A DNA stretch of 63,968 nt, the filler included, from the NCBI GenBank assembly GCA_964501035.1. It is 5 parts of 5 records of this genome, joined end to end, with 100 filler letters (N's around TTAATTAATTAA, not from the genome) between each part and the next. Parts side by side here need not be neighbours in the genome. Positions count along the whole stretch, not along the records: positions 53,830 to 63,968 come from CAZCRK010000061.1; 4 more parts are not named here. The stretch is one strand, 5' to 3'. This document shows positions 53,730-63,472 of this stretch, piece by piece. The notes beneath the pieces are model-generated. The model worked only from the letters and a program-made list of their open reading frames with translations. It made no database searches and had not been told where the DNA came from. Position 1 is the first letter of the stretch, and the number at the start of each line of letters is the position of its first letter. Position numbers and translations under genes: made by a program.

Positions 53730-53829
53730 NNNNNNNNNNNNNNNNNNNNNNNNNNNNNNNNNNNNNNNNNNNNTTAATTAATTAANNNNNNNNNNNNNNN
53801 NNNNNNNNNNNNNNNNNNNNNNNNNNNNN
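53730..53829. other. artificial contig linker
   Basis: Same 100-nt spacer. Confidence 0.98.
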
Positions 53830-53830
53830 T

Positions 53831-54487
<657 letters not shown>

Positions 54488-54493
54488 TATCTA

Positions 54494-54889
54494 ATGGCTA
54501 AAACTTTTCAATTAGATATTGTTACTCCTGAAAAAGTTATTAATGAGGGGCAAGTAACCTATTTACGTGCTCCCTCTACTGATGGACTTTTTGGTGTTGA
54601 AGCAGGACATGCACATGCAATTATTGCACTAGATATTGGTGAAATAAAAGTAGTAAAGGATAATGAAACTTATTTCTTAGCTACAAGTGGTGGATATGCA
54701 GATATTCAACCTGAAAGTGTAATGTTACTTGTTGAAACAGCAGAAAGATCCACAGAAATAAATTCAGAAAGAGCTCAAAAAGCGCTCGAAAGAGCAGAGC
54801 AATTAAAGCACGATGCTCACATTGATCAAGCACGAACCAGATCTGAAATTGAACGCGCACGAAATCGACTTAAAATAGTCAAACGATAA
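54494..54889 (+). CDS. atpC: ATP synthase F1 epsilon subunit
   Basis: LDIVTPE, GH, SGGYA, RA..ALERA, RARNRL; follows atpD. Confidence 0.95.
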   Translation: MAKTFQLDIVTPEKVINEGQVTYLRAPSTDGLFGVEAGHAHAIIALDIGEIKVVKDNETYFLATSGGYADIQPESVMLLVETAERSTEINSERAQKALERAEQLKHDAHIDQARTRSEIERARNRLKIVKR

Positions 54890-54973
54890 TTTATAAATTA
54901 AACTGAAACTCCCTTGCAAGAACTGCGTTATTCATACCGTCAGATTCTTATCAAAATTAATTAGAGGTATTCT

Positions 54974-55720
54974 ATGCGAAATATTGTAATCATTTTCTTA
55001 ACATTTGTATTAGTAACTGGATGTGCAAAAAAGAAAAAAGTATCACCTGAAACAGTTGAAACACATAAAGCTTCAACTCCAACAATCGAAGTCAAAACTG
55101 AGCCAGTTCAAGACATATCATCATCTACTCCAATAGAAGTTGAAGAAGCATTAACAGAAAACGAAGATGTTGAAATTACTGAAATTGATGCAGTCGCCAC
55201 AGATTTAGCAAAAAATGAAATTATATCTGTCGATGAAGTTCTAGAAGAAAATGCTGAAATACAAGAAAAAATGGTATCAAAACAAGATTCTGACTATGTG
55301 TTTCCTGATAGCATTTGGGTTGATTATATGATCAAACCAGGTGACTACCTATCTTTAATTGCATATCAAGAATATGGAAATGCTAATGAATGGCGACGTA
55401 TTTGGAAATGGAACCAAGAACATTGGGAAGAAAATGGTATAGGTCCAGATGCAGATAATCCAAATTTGATTTATCCCTACAATGAACTAGACTTAAAAAA
55501 ACCAACTGCACATGCTGTAGAATGGGAATATGAACACTATTTTTACTCGGTAAAAATGCATGATACCCTTTGGACAATTGCTAAAGAAGTTTACGGAGAT
55601 GAGTTAGCATGGGTTGTGTTATTTTGGGATAATGATGCTTTGATAAATGAAAATGATGGAAAATTGTTTCCAGATATGGAATTAAAAGTTAGAACCCAGT
55701 TATGGCCCGAATTTGATTGA
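54974..55720 (+). CDS. lipoprotein with acidic linker and two LysM domains
   Basis: Lipobox LVTG-C; YMIKPGDYLSLIA..EYG and YSVKMHDTLWTIAKEVYG. Confidence 0.85.
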   Translation: MRNIVIIFLTFVLVTGCAKKKKVSPETVETHKASTPTIEVKTEPVQDISSSTPIEVEEALTENEDVEITEIDAVATDLAKNEIISVDEVLEENAEIQEKMVSKQDSDYVFPDSIWVDYMIKPGDYLSLIAYQEYGNANEWRRIWKWNQEHWEENGIGPDADNPNLIYPYNELDLKKPTAHAVEWEYEHYFYSVKMHDTLWTIAKEVYGDELAWVVLFWDNDALINENDGKLFPDMELKVRTQLWPEFD

Positions 55721-55729
55721 TGTAAGTGT

Positions 55730-56053
55730 TTAGTTTTCTTGTGTATCGTTTAAAATATTTTCTAAACTTTTTTCTCTATCTAATTGTTCAATAATATCAC
55801 AACCCCCGATTAACTCACCTTGAACAAATAATTGTGGGGTTGTTGGCCAATTAGCATACTCTTTAATAGCATTCATAAGGCCAATATTATCAAAGACATT
55901 AAAATAAGCATAGTTCGAAAGATATTTATTCAACACTTTAACAACTCGAGCTGAAAACCCACATGCTGGTTGAGAAGGTGTACCTTTCAACATAAGAAAA
56001 ACTTTTTCTGACTCTATTATATTTTTAATTTGATTCTTTTGTTCATCAGTCAT
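55730..56053 (-). CDS. grxD: monothiol glutaredoxin (CGFS)
   Basis: KGTP..P.CGFS, WPTTPQLFV.GELIGGCD. Confidence 0.95.
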   Translation of the reverse strand: MTDEQKNQIKNIIESEKVFLMLKGTPSQPACGFSARVVKVLNKYLSNYAYFNVFDNIGLMNAIKEYANWPTTPQLFVQGELIGGCDIIEQLDREKSLENILNDTQEN

Positions 56054-56294
56054 TGATAACCTCTATTGATAGTGCATGGATAATTCCATTGTTCATTTCT
56101 TCTTCTAAAATATTATATATCATTCGATGTTGATCTAGTAATGGAATATTTTTAAAACCGTCATATTTTATAATTGTTTTTAGATGGAAACCACCATGAT
56201 CATGTCCACGATGCATTGAGCGAGTACTAGATACCGTTACGTCTGAATTAACTAAGGAAATTTTCAGTTTTTCTTCAATTTCTTGGATTGTCAT
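56046..56294 (-). CDS. bolA: BolA-family protein
   Basis: HRGH...H, F....LLDQHRMIY..L, IHALSI; adjacent to grxD. Confidence 0.9.
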   Translation of the reverse strand: MTIQEIEEKLKISLVNSDVTVSSTRSMHRGHDHGGFHLKTIIKYDGFKNIPLLDQHRMIYNILEEEMNNGIIHALSIEVIND

Positions 56295-56327
56295 GCGGTT
56301 AATTTACACTTTATATAGTAAACGTTA

Positions 56328-57221
56328 CTAGTTAATAAACACTTCAATTGCCTTTGGAACTACCTTCCCATGAATTGGAGTTTTGCCACACAACTCACCA
56401 TCAATATTTAGTATGTTGTTGGTTTTAGGTAATATTGAAAAAGATTTTGCTTGAAGATACTTTACTAATGGATGTTTGATATGGGATCCATCAAATACTT
56501 TCGGAAGTAATTTAAAAACATCAACTTTAGATAAATCGCCATGAACCACTACTAAATCGAATTTTCCATCGTCTAGTTTTGCTTTGGGGGCTATCTTCAT
56601 TCCTTTCCCCGAGTGAATTGTATTACATACCATAACAAAAAGTAAATCGCTAGAAAATTCTTTTTCATCAATGACAAGTGTTGCTTTTTGAGGTTTAAAT
56701 TTTAATGCTTCAATAATTGATGCAAGAGTGTATCGTGATGTCCCAATCCATCGCATTTTTTCTGCAGTTAGTCCAATATTTGTAACAAGACCCCAACCAA
56801 TTATGTTAAAAGAAAATCTTGATTCGTTGTTATAACTAATTGAAGCCACATCTACTTTGGTAGTAACACCATTCAAAATTGCATTTATGGCATCAAGTGG
56901 ATTCAATAAGTTTAAGTCATGCAAAAAGGCATTTCCGCTACCAGCAGGAATGAGCCCAATTGGAATATTTTTATTATCTTTCCGTTTTAACAATCCATTT
57001 ACAGCTTCATGCATACTCCCATCTCCACCAATAATTATTAGACCGTCATATTGATCAAGATTTAATTCACTAATCAATCCTTCAATATGTCTAGAATGTT
57101 TAGTGATAGTTTCTTCAAATAATGCTCCGGAAGTACTTAGTCTATTTTTTACCAAACTTGCAAATCGAAGCCCAGATTTGGTTCCACTCACCGGATTTGT
57201 AACTAAGTAAAATTTTTTCAT
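56328..57221 (-). CDS. diacylglycerol/lipid kinase family (YegS/BmrU-like)
   Basis: NPVSG, GGDGS..E.VNG, IPAGSGN, DGE. Confidence 0.92.
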   Translation of the reverse strand: MKKFYLVTNPVSGTKSGLRFASLVKNRLSTSGALFEETITKHSRHIEGLISELNLDQYDGLIIIGGDGSMHEAVNGLLKRKDNKNIPIGLIPAGSGNAFLHDLNLLNPLDAINAILNGVTTKVDVASISYNNESRFSFNIIGWGLVTNIGLTAEKMRWIGTSRYTLASIIEALKFKPQKATLVIDEKEFSSDLLFVMVCNTIHSGKGMKIAPKAKLDDGKFDLVVVHGDLSKVDVFKLLPKVFDGSHIKHPLVKYLQAKSFSILPKTNNILNIDGELCGKTPIHGKVVPKAIEVFIN

Positions 57222-57260
57222 AATTATAATTTAGAGGAGTTTGAAATGAAAAAAGAAGTA

Positions 57261-57968
57261 TTAATGTCTTTTAACATTTTTTAATTCTAATACCATGGTA
57301 CCAATGTTTGTTTGTTGTTCAATTTTAACAGGCAGTTTTAGAGAATCATTTGAAAACCAAATTTTCATTTCTCCATTATTCTTAAGCAATTTTGAACCAT
57401 CAGTAGATGAGGGAGCAACAAATATACAATCGAACTTTCCAGCTGGAACTGATACATTTTCATTCCCAACTACACTCACAGCAATTTCTTTTATACTTTT
57501 ACCATCAAATATTGGCAAAATAAATTGCTGCCCAATGTTTAATATTTGTAATCGTAAATAATAAATTATTGAAATGGGGTCAAACACTTTTTGGGTCAGA
57601 AATTGTTGTTTATCATTATCTACTAATGTAGTATCATAACTTATATCAATTTCGTGTTTATATTTATATTTTCCTTCTTTGATATTTTTTTTGGTCTTAT
57701 ATAGGGAAAAATCATTTTGATCAACCCAAACATCAATTTTATCCCTAACCTTATAGAATATGTCTAAAAATGAATTTGTGCTAACCGTAGATTCAATATG
57801 ATATACACGTTTATTACCGAGAGAATCAGTTGTTAACTCTAATGTGGATTCGCCAGCAGAAACAACACGAAACCCTGCTCTATATGTTAATTTTTCATCG
57901 ACTAAATAGGATTGACTAAACATACATTGAATAAAAATAAGAATAAGAATATATTTCGAATTAGTCAT
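57261..57968 (-). CDS. DUF3108-like exported protein
   Basis: EKLTY, FYKVRD, VPAGKFDC, IWFSND..LPVKI. Confidence 0.75.
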   Translation of the reverse strand: MTNSKYILILIFIQCMFSQSYLVDEKLTYRAGFRVVSAGESTLELTTDSLGNKRVYHIESTVSTNSFLDIFYKVRDKIDVWVDQNDFSLYKTKKNIKEGKYKYKHEIDISYDTTLVDNDKQQFLTQKVFDPISIIYYLRLQILNIGQQFILPIFDGKSIKEIAVSVVGNENVSVPAGKFDCIFVAPSSTDGSKLLKNNGEMKIWFSNDSLKLPVKIEQQTNIGTMVLELKNVKRH

Positions 57969-57969
57969 A

Positions 57970-59232
57970 TTAAGAAAAGATTGTATTCAATATTTTTTGT
58001 GAACCACCACGTTTGTTGTTAACAAATGAAGATGCCCCATTTTGAAGTTTTTTAAGCGAGTCAGATTTGTCTAATAATGAAATAAACTCCTGTAAATCAT
58101 CCTCATTATGAATCATTTTTCCAATACCCAAATTATATAGTTCGATGGCTTCGTCCAAAATATGAATGTTTGGCCCAAAGGATACTGCACACCCATGAAC
58201 AGCAGGTTCAATAACTGAATGCACACCTGTCGAAAACCCTGAACCAACGTATGCTAAATCTGCTTGAGCATACATGTCAGCTAGCTTTCCAACCGTATCA
58301 ACAATAATGCAATTTGGAGGGTTACTATCCATTTCTGTGAAACGTACTGAAGTTATATTGAGTTCCACCAGTTGTTTGTTTATTAATGATATTGTGTCAA
58401 TATCAACTTCGTGAGGAACAATAATCAACCGTTGTTTTTTTTCAGTTAAGGATTGAGATCCATTCGGGAATTGGTTTTTTAGACATTCCAAAATTACCGG
58501 AAAATCATACTCATCTATACTACCAAAAATAATATTTGATGTATTTGATATTGCACCATCAAAATGGTCAATACATGTTTTACTTCTATCTAAAATTTGG
58601 TCAAACCGTGTATCTCCAGTTATGATAATTTCTTGATTTAGCGCTAATAAGGACATGTTATTTTTAAGTCGATTCGAACCCGTTAAAATCAAATCAAATT
58701 TTTGTAAAATAAATGTGCCAAAAGATTTAAAACCAAATCGAATCCAAATTGAATTTTCATGAATATTTGCATTAATAAACGAGGTGTGTATTCCTAAATG
58801 TTTAGCAATTACAATCATATGTGGCCAAATATCATGGCGAGTGATGATAAAATGGGTTGGGTTCAATTGTTTGAAAAATAAAAATATTGACCAAGGTAGG
58901 TCAAATGGAAAATAACAAATTCCATCTGCTAAAGTTGTATTTTTTTCAACATCAAAAATAGTAGGAGACATAAATGATTGCACAATAAAATATTTTTTTC
59001 TATCAATTCTTTTCAATACCGGTTTTATTTGTTCAAACTCACCAGCGGATGCAGCATGAAAAATAATGATTTGTTTTTCATTTTGTGTTTGTTTAAGCTT
59101 GAATTTTACATTCTTAATTGATTGTTTTTGATTTTTTAAATGGGTTGAAATTTTAGGTGAAAAAAATTGTGCAATTTGGATTGTTAACCAAAATAATGGT
59201 GAGATTAAAAAATAAATAATGTAAACTATCAG
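57970..59232 (-). CDS. waaA: Kdo transferase WaaA/KdtA family (start uncertain, probably non-canonical)
   Basis: Frame is open upstream of the 59016 call and adds a TM anchor plus FHAASAGEFEQ; also PFD, GDTRFD, IIVPHE and HSVIEPA. Confidence 0.85.
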   Translation of the reverse strand: MIVYIIYFLISPLFWLTIQIAQFFSPKISTHLKNQKQSIKNVKFKLKQTQNEKQIIIFHAASAGEFEQIKPVLKRIDRKKYFIVQSFMSPTIFDVEKNTTLADGICYFPFDLPWSIFLFFKQLNPTHFIITRHDIWPHMIVIAKHLGIHTSFINANIHENSIWIRFGFKSFGTFILQKFDLILTGSNRLKNNMSLLALNQEIIITGDTRFDQILDRSKTCIDHFDGAISNTSNIIFGSIDEYDFPVILECLKNQFPNGSQSLTEKKQRLIIVPHEVDIDTISLINKQLVELNITSVRFTEMDSNPPNCIIVDTVGKLADMYAQADLAYVGSGFSTGVHSVIEPAVHGCAVSFGPNIHILDEAIELYNLGIGKMIHNEDDLQEFISLLDKSDSLKKLQNGASSFVNNKRGGSQKILNTIFS

Positions 59233-59241
59233 AAGAGGCCT

Positions 59242-59733
59242 CTATTGATTTTGAAGTATTAAATCAACAAATTCTCTAAATGCACCATCACCACCTTTTC
59301 TACGTGTTACATAGTCAGGGCTAAAGTTTGTTAGTACCGGACTGTTTGCAGAAAGCGCGGATAAACCAACTTTTCCCAAAGCATCAATATCATTTAAGTC
59401 ATCTCCAATAAATGCTATATTGTCAAGTGAAATGTTGAGAACTTCACATAAATATTTGAGACGTTTTAGCTTTTGGTTTTCATCAAGATATACATAACTA
59501 ATATTGAGCTTTTCGGCGCGTCTTTGAACTATTTGTGAATTTTCACCGGTGAGAATTGCAACTTCAATTCCAGCATTTTTTAATAAAGCAACCGCATACC
59601 CATCATACGTTGAAAATGCTTTCATAAAATCGCCATCTTCGGTGTAATACATTTTTGCGTCTGTCCATACACCATCAATATCAGTAGCGACTAATTTGAT
59701 TAACTTACTTTTTTCTTGAAATGACTTTACCAT
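59242..59733 (-). CDS. KdsC/YrbI-family HAD phosphatase (KDO8P or nonulosonate-9-phosphate phosphatase)
   Basis: DIDGVWTD, ILTGE, IGDDLND, GGDGAFRE. Confidence 0.9.
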   Translation of the reverse strand: MVKSFQEKSKLIKLVATDIDGVWTDAKMYYTEDGDFMKAFSTYDGYAVALLKNAGIEVAILTGENSQIVQRRAEKLNISYVYLDENQKLKRLKYLCEVLNISLDNIAFIGDDLNDIDALGKVGLSALSANSPVLTNFSPDYVTRRKGGDGAFREFVDLILQNQ

Positions 59734-60776
59734 TGGATATCTTCATTATACATGACAGAATCAGCAGAAATTGATTTTATAACCTTTTTCCCGATTACAT
59801 TACGTAACTGTTGAGGAGATATTCCTGAACCTGGTCCCTTGGTTGTAAGCATTTCCCGTGTTAAAATGGTTCCTTCAGCAATATCAACCGCTGAAACAAT
59901 ACTCTTTGCTAATTTTTTAAAAACTGGTTTTTCTGAATCTTGAATTTCCTTGGTGAAACTTCCCATTGCTTCTTCAATATGGCGAATATCTCGTACCATT
60001 TTAGAAAATCCTTGAGGTTCTAAAGATGCCGAATGATCACCACCTTTCATGGTTCTATCTAGAGTAAAATGTCGTTCTACTATACACGCACCTAAAGCCA
60101 CAGCAACGGGTGGAATTGCAATACCTAACTCATGTCCAGAATATCCAATGACAGCATTTGGAAATTCAGTTTGATACGTTTTTAACACATTCAAATTTAA
60201 CTCATTAAAACTAGTTGGATATGTTGATGTACATTGAAGAACAGCTATTTGAGGGTTGATAGTTTCAACCAAAGCTATTGCATTTTTCACAGTTTCCATA
60301 TCAGCCATACCAGTTGATAATATCATGGGTTTATTTTTTTTTGCAGTATATTCTAATAATGGGAAATTAGTTAAATCCGCTGATGCCATTTTGAAAAATG
60401 GAATTTCTAAACTGTCTAAAAAATCGATACTTTCTTCATCCCAACCTGAAGCGCAAAAATCTACGTTTAAATTATTAGAATATTGAACCAATTCTCTATA
60501 ATCATCTTCTGATAACTCAAGCGCTTTTTTATGTTCACCATATGTAGTTCCAAAACTGTTTCGATTATCATAGGGTGCTTCTAATCCCTCTTTTGTTAAT
60601 ATCCTGTGAATGGATCTTTTTTGAAATTTTACAGCATTTGCCCCACAGTTTTTTGCTTCATCAATGAGTTGTTTTGCAATATTAACATCCCCTTGATGAT
60701 TAATTCCTATTTCTGCGATAATATATACCGGGTTTCCGTGTCCAATAGTTTTATTATTAAATGTAATTGTATTCAT
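59727..60776 (-). CDS. neuB: NeuB-family nonulosonate synthase with SAF domain
   Basis: IAEIGINHQGD, VKFQKR, QCTSTYP, GYSGHE, ERHFTLD, DHSASLEP. Confidence 0.92.
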   Translation of the reverse strand: MNTITFNNKTIGHGNPVYIIAEIGINHQGDVNIAKQLIDEAKNCGANAVKFQKRSIHRILTKEGLEAPYDNRNSFGTTYGEHKKALELSEDDYRELVQYSNNLNVDFCASGWDEESIDFLDSLEIPFFKMASADLTNFPLLEYTAKKNKPMILSTGMADMETVKNAIALVETINPQIAVLQCTSTYPTSFNELNLNVLKTYQTEFPNAVIGYSGHELGIAIPPVAVALGACIVERHFTLDRTMKGGDHSASLEPQGFSKMVRDIRHIEEAMGSFTKEIQDSEKPVFKKLAKSIVSAVDIAEGTILTREMLTTKGPGSGISPQQLRNVIGKKVIKSISADSVMYNEDIQW

Positions 60777-60808
60777 ATAAATTCCTAATTAATGTAAAAT
60801 GGATAATT

Positions 60809-62797
60809 TCAATTAGTCAAATCTAAACCATTATTTTGACTATTTTTAAACAAAAAATATGCAGTTTGTAAATAGGACCGAGAGTCCTTTTGTAGTTTGA
60901 GAATTTCATCTTCATCCTTGTTTGGTACGTAATCATTGTCTTGTAAATTATTTACATGGTAGGATGACTGAGACAATCCAATAATTTCATCATACACATT
61001 TCCATTTTGTGAATACCATTGGTAATGTTCATTTATCACACGTAAAGCAAACCCATTGTTACCCTTTAAACCAGATTGTCCAAGAATTGAGAAAGGTTTG
61101 GGATAATTTATGATATCAAAAATTGTAGGTAAAATATCTACCTGGCTCACAACTTTATCAATATTCTGATGTAGCAAGTTTAAGCCGGGTGCATATACTA
61201 TAAATGGAATATGTCCATTCTTTAGATGATCCATCATGTTTCTTTGTATATTGAGTCCATGATCAGCTGTAAAAACAAATATGGTATTTTCAAACCAATC
61301 TTTATTTTTTGCTTCAGTTATAAATTGTTCTAACACTAAGTCAACATATTTAAGTGTAGTGTGTGTTTGACCAGAGTTCCATAACGAGCTAGAATACGAT
61401 GGAATTTTATCTTGGTATTCAATTGGGATTTCCCATGGTTGGTGATTTGTTGCGGTGAACAATGTTAAAAATACTGGGTCATTGTTGCTGTTATCAAGAA
61501 TAGTTGTAGCTTTTTCAAAGGCATGGTGGTCCCATATTCCCCAAACGGTTCCATTAGATGATGAAGAAAAATTTTCTCTTTCTATAACTTCATCAAATCC
61601 GTTCGCCAATGCAAATCCTTTCATGTTGTCAAAGTCGGCATCTCCGCCGTACAGGAAAGTGGTATTGTATCCAATATCTTTTAACAATGATACCCCTGTT
61701 TGAATACCATGTTGTGTTTCTACTTGTGAAATTAAAGGATAACCAGGGAGAGTAGGCCATGAGCATAAAATAGAGCTAATCCCAAAAGCAGATCTTGGTC
61801 CATTTGCAATACATCTTGAAAAATTAATTCCTTTTTTAGATATTGATTCAAGAAAAGGAGTTGTGTTGACTGCATCCTTGTTGAGGAAGTGAAGTAATTC
61901 TCCTGTAAATGATTCTAAAACAATCAAAACAATATTTGGAGTTATTGGAGCTTCATTATCTGTATATACTCTAGTTAAAGAAGTATTATCATGAAATTTG
62001 ATGTTTTCCTGTTCCAATAGATTTCTTGTGGTTTGATAGGCGTCTTCCCACGTATAATATTTTATTTTTGAGTTAATATTTTCTTCTGATGAGAATTCAA
62101 CGATTGAACGTGAAAGCAAAAACAATCCATTTTGTGCAATATTGTTAGCCATTGCATCACTACTAAAGATTGCATGTCCCCAATCAATTGGGCGAATTTG
62201 CCAACCACCTCTACTTGCAGTTCCAATTAAAACAAATGAAACAACAAAACTTAATCCAATTACTAATTTACTAAATTTTAAATTAGAAGATTTTGATATG
62301 AAAAATGAAAATCCTTTTGTCCATATATATGTTATGAATAGTGAAAAAAGACAATATCGAATAACAGGGTAATCTTGCCATATAAATTCCCAAACTTCAG
62401 AATCACCACCGGTACTATACAATATAGCCATTAAATTCAAATGAGAATCAAATATTTCAAAAAACTCTACATCAACAGCAAACATACAAGTAAAAATTAA
62501 TGTAACTAGGATGAAATAAATTTTAACGAATTTTTGATAAATCAAACTACTCCATCCGATATAAGGAAGAAAAATTGTGAATAGAATAGGCAGAAGAATA
62601 TATCCAATAACGACTGAATCTAACCTAAATCCAACATAGAATGCCTTTAGATACAGCCAAAAATTTGACCAATCTAACAAAGCATAATACTTTATTAGAA
62701 AAAATAATCGCCAAAATTCTGTTAAGAGCAGTATGCCTACGAAGAAAACTATCAAAACATAAAATTGATTAGGTAAGAATTTTCTAATTGTATTCAT
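60809..62797 (-). CDS. LTA-synthase/sulfatase-family membrane phosphotransferase
   Basis: Five predicted TMs (GFRLD), NIVLIVLES, TNHQPW, FTADHG, SQVDILPT. Confidence 0.85.
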   Translation of the reverse strand: MNTIRKFLPNQFYVLIVFFVGILLLTEFWRLFFLIKYYALLDWSNFWLYLKAFYVGFRLDSVVIGYILLPILFTIFLPYIGWSSLIYQKFVKIYFILVTLIFTCMFAVDVEFFEIFDSHLNLMAILYSTGGDSEVWEFIWQDYPVIRYCLFSLFITYIWTKGFSFFISKSSNLKFSKLVIGLSFVVSFVLIGTASRGGWQIRPIDWGHAIFSSDAMANNIAQNGLFLLSRSIVEFSSEENINSKIKYYTWEDAYQTTRNLLEQENIKFHDNTSLTRVYTDNEAPITPNIVLIVLESFTGELLHFLNKDAVNTTPFLESISKKGINFSRCIANGPRSAFGISSILCSWPTLPGYPLISQVETQHGIQTGVSLLKDIGYNTTFLYGGDADFDNMKGFALANGFDEVIERENFSSSSNGTVWGIWDHHAFEKATTILDNSNNDPVFLTLFTATNHQPWEIPIEYQDKIPSYSSSLWNSGQTHTTLKYVDLVLEQFITEAKNKDWFENTIFVFTADHGLNIQRNMMDHLKNGHIPFIVYAPGLNLLHQNIDKVVSQVDILPTIFDIINYPKPFSILGQSGLKGNNGFALRVINEHYQWYSQNGNVYDEIIGLSQSSYHVNNLQDNDYVPNKDEDEILKLQKDSRSYLQTAYFLFKNSQNNGLDLTN

Positions 62798-63472
62798 TTA
62801 AATTTGTTTTGCTAATATTTTTAGAAACTCTATATCTGCAGGAGAATCAATCTCATAACTATATTCTTCCGGGAAAACAATATGTCCTATTTTTCCACCC
62901 AATCGATTTCTGAATTGTTCAAAATGTTTTCGAGTAAAAATGTAAACAGATCCATTTTCTACAAAAGTTTTATCAATTTCTTTTAAATCTTGCCGACGAG
63001 GACGGTTCATAAAATCATATTGAGCTACAGTTTTGTTGTTATTAATTTTCCAGAAAAAACGATGAGTAGGAGAAATACTTAATAATGAATCATACCCATT
63101 ATGGATAAATTTTTCTAGAGCATTTTGTAAGGAATCTAGAGGTCGCAATGGACTTGTTGCTTGTAACAACACTATAATATCTGGTTGAATGTCGATTGTG
63201 TTTAATGCATGATTAATAGCAGATTCAGTAGTAGCAGTATCATTAGCAAGTTTTGCAGGTCTATCAATTATTTTCGCTCCATACTGTTTTGAAACCTTTG
63301 CAATCTCGATTCCATCTGTTGATACAAAGGTGCTAGATATCAACTTACAATTCGTGGAATATTCTATGCTATGAGCTATAAGTGGCTTTCCTAAAAAATC
63401 AATGATATTTTTTTTGGGGATGCCCTTACTGCCAGACCGGGCAGGAATAATAGTAATAATATTATGTTTCAT
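62798..63472 (-). CDS. neuA: acylneuraminate cytidylyltransferase
   Basis: [39 protein letters not shown]. Confidence 0.92.
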   Translation of the reverse strand: MKHNIITIIPARSGSKGIPKKNIIDFLGKPLIAHSIEYSTNCKLISSTFVSTDGIEIAKVSKQYGAKIIDRPAKLANDTATTESAINHALNTIDIQPDIIVLLQATSPLRPLDSLQNALEKFIHNGYDSLLSISPTHRFFWKINNNKTVAQYDFMNRPRRQDLKEIDKTFVENGSVYIFTRKHFEQFRNRLGGKIGHIVFPEEYSYEIDSPADIEFLKILAKQI

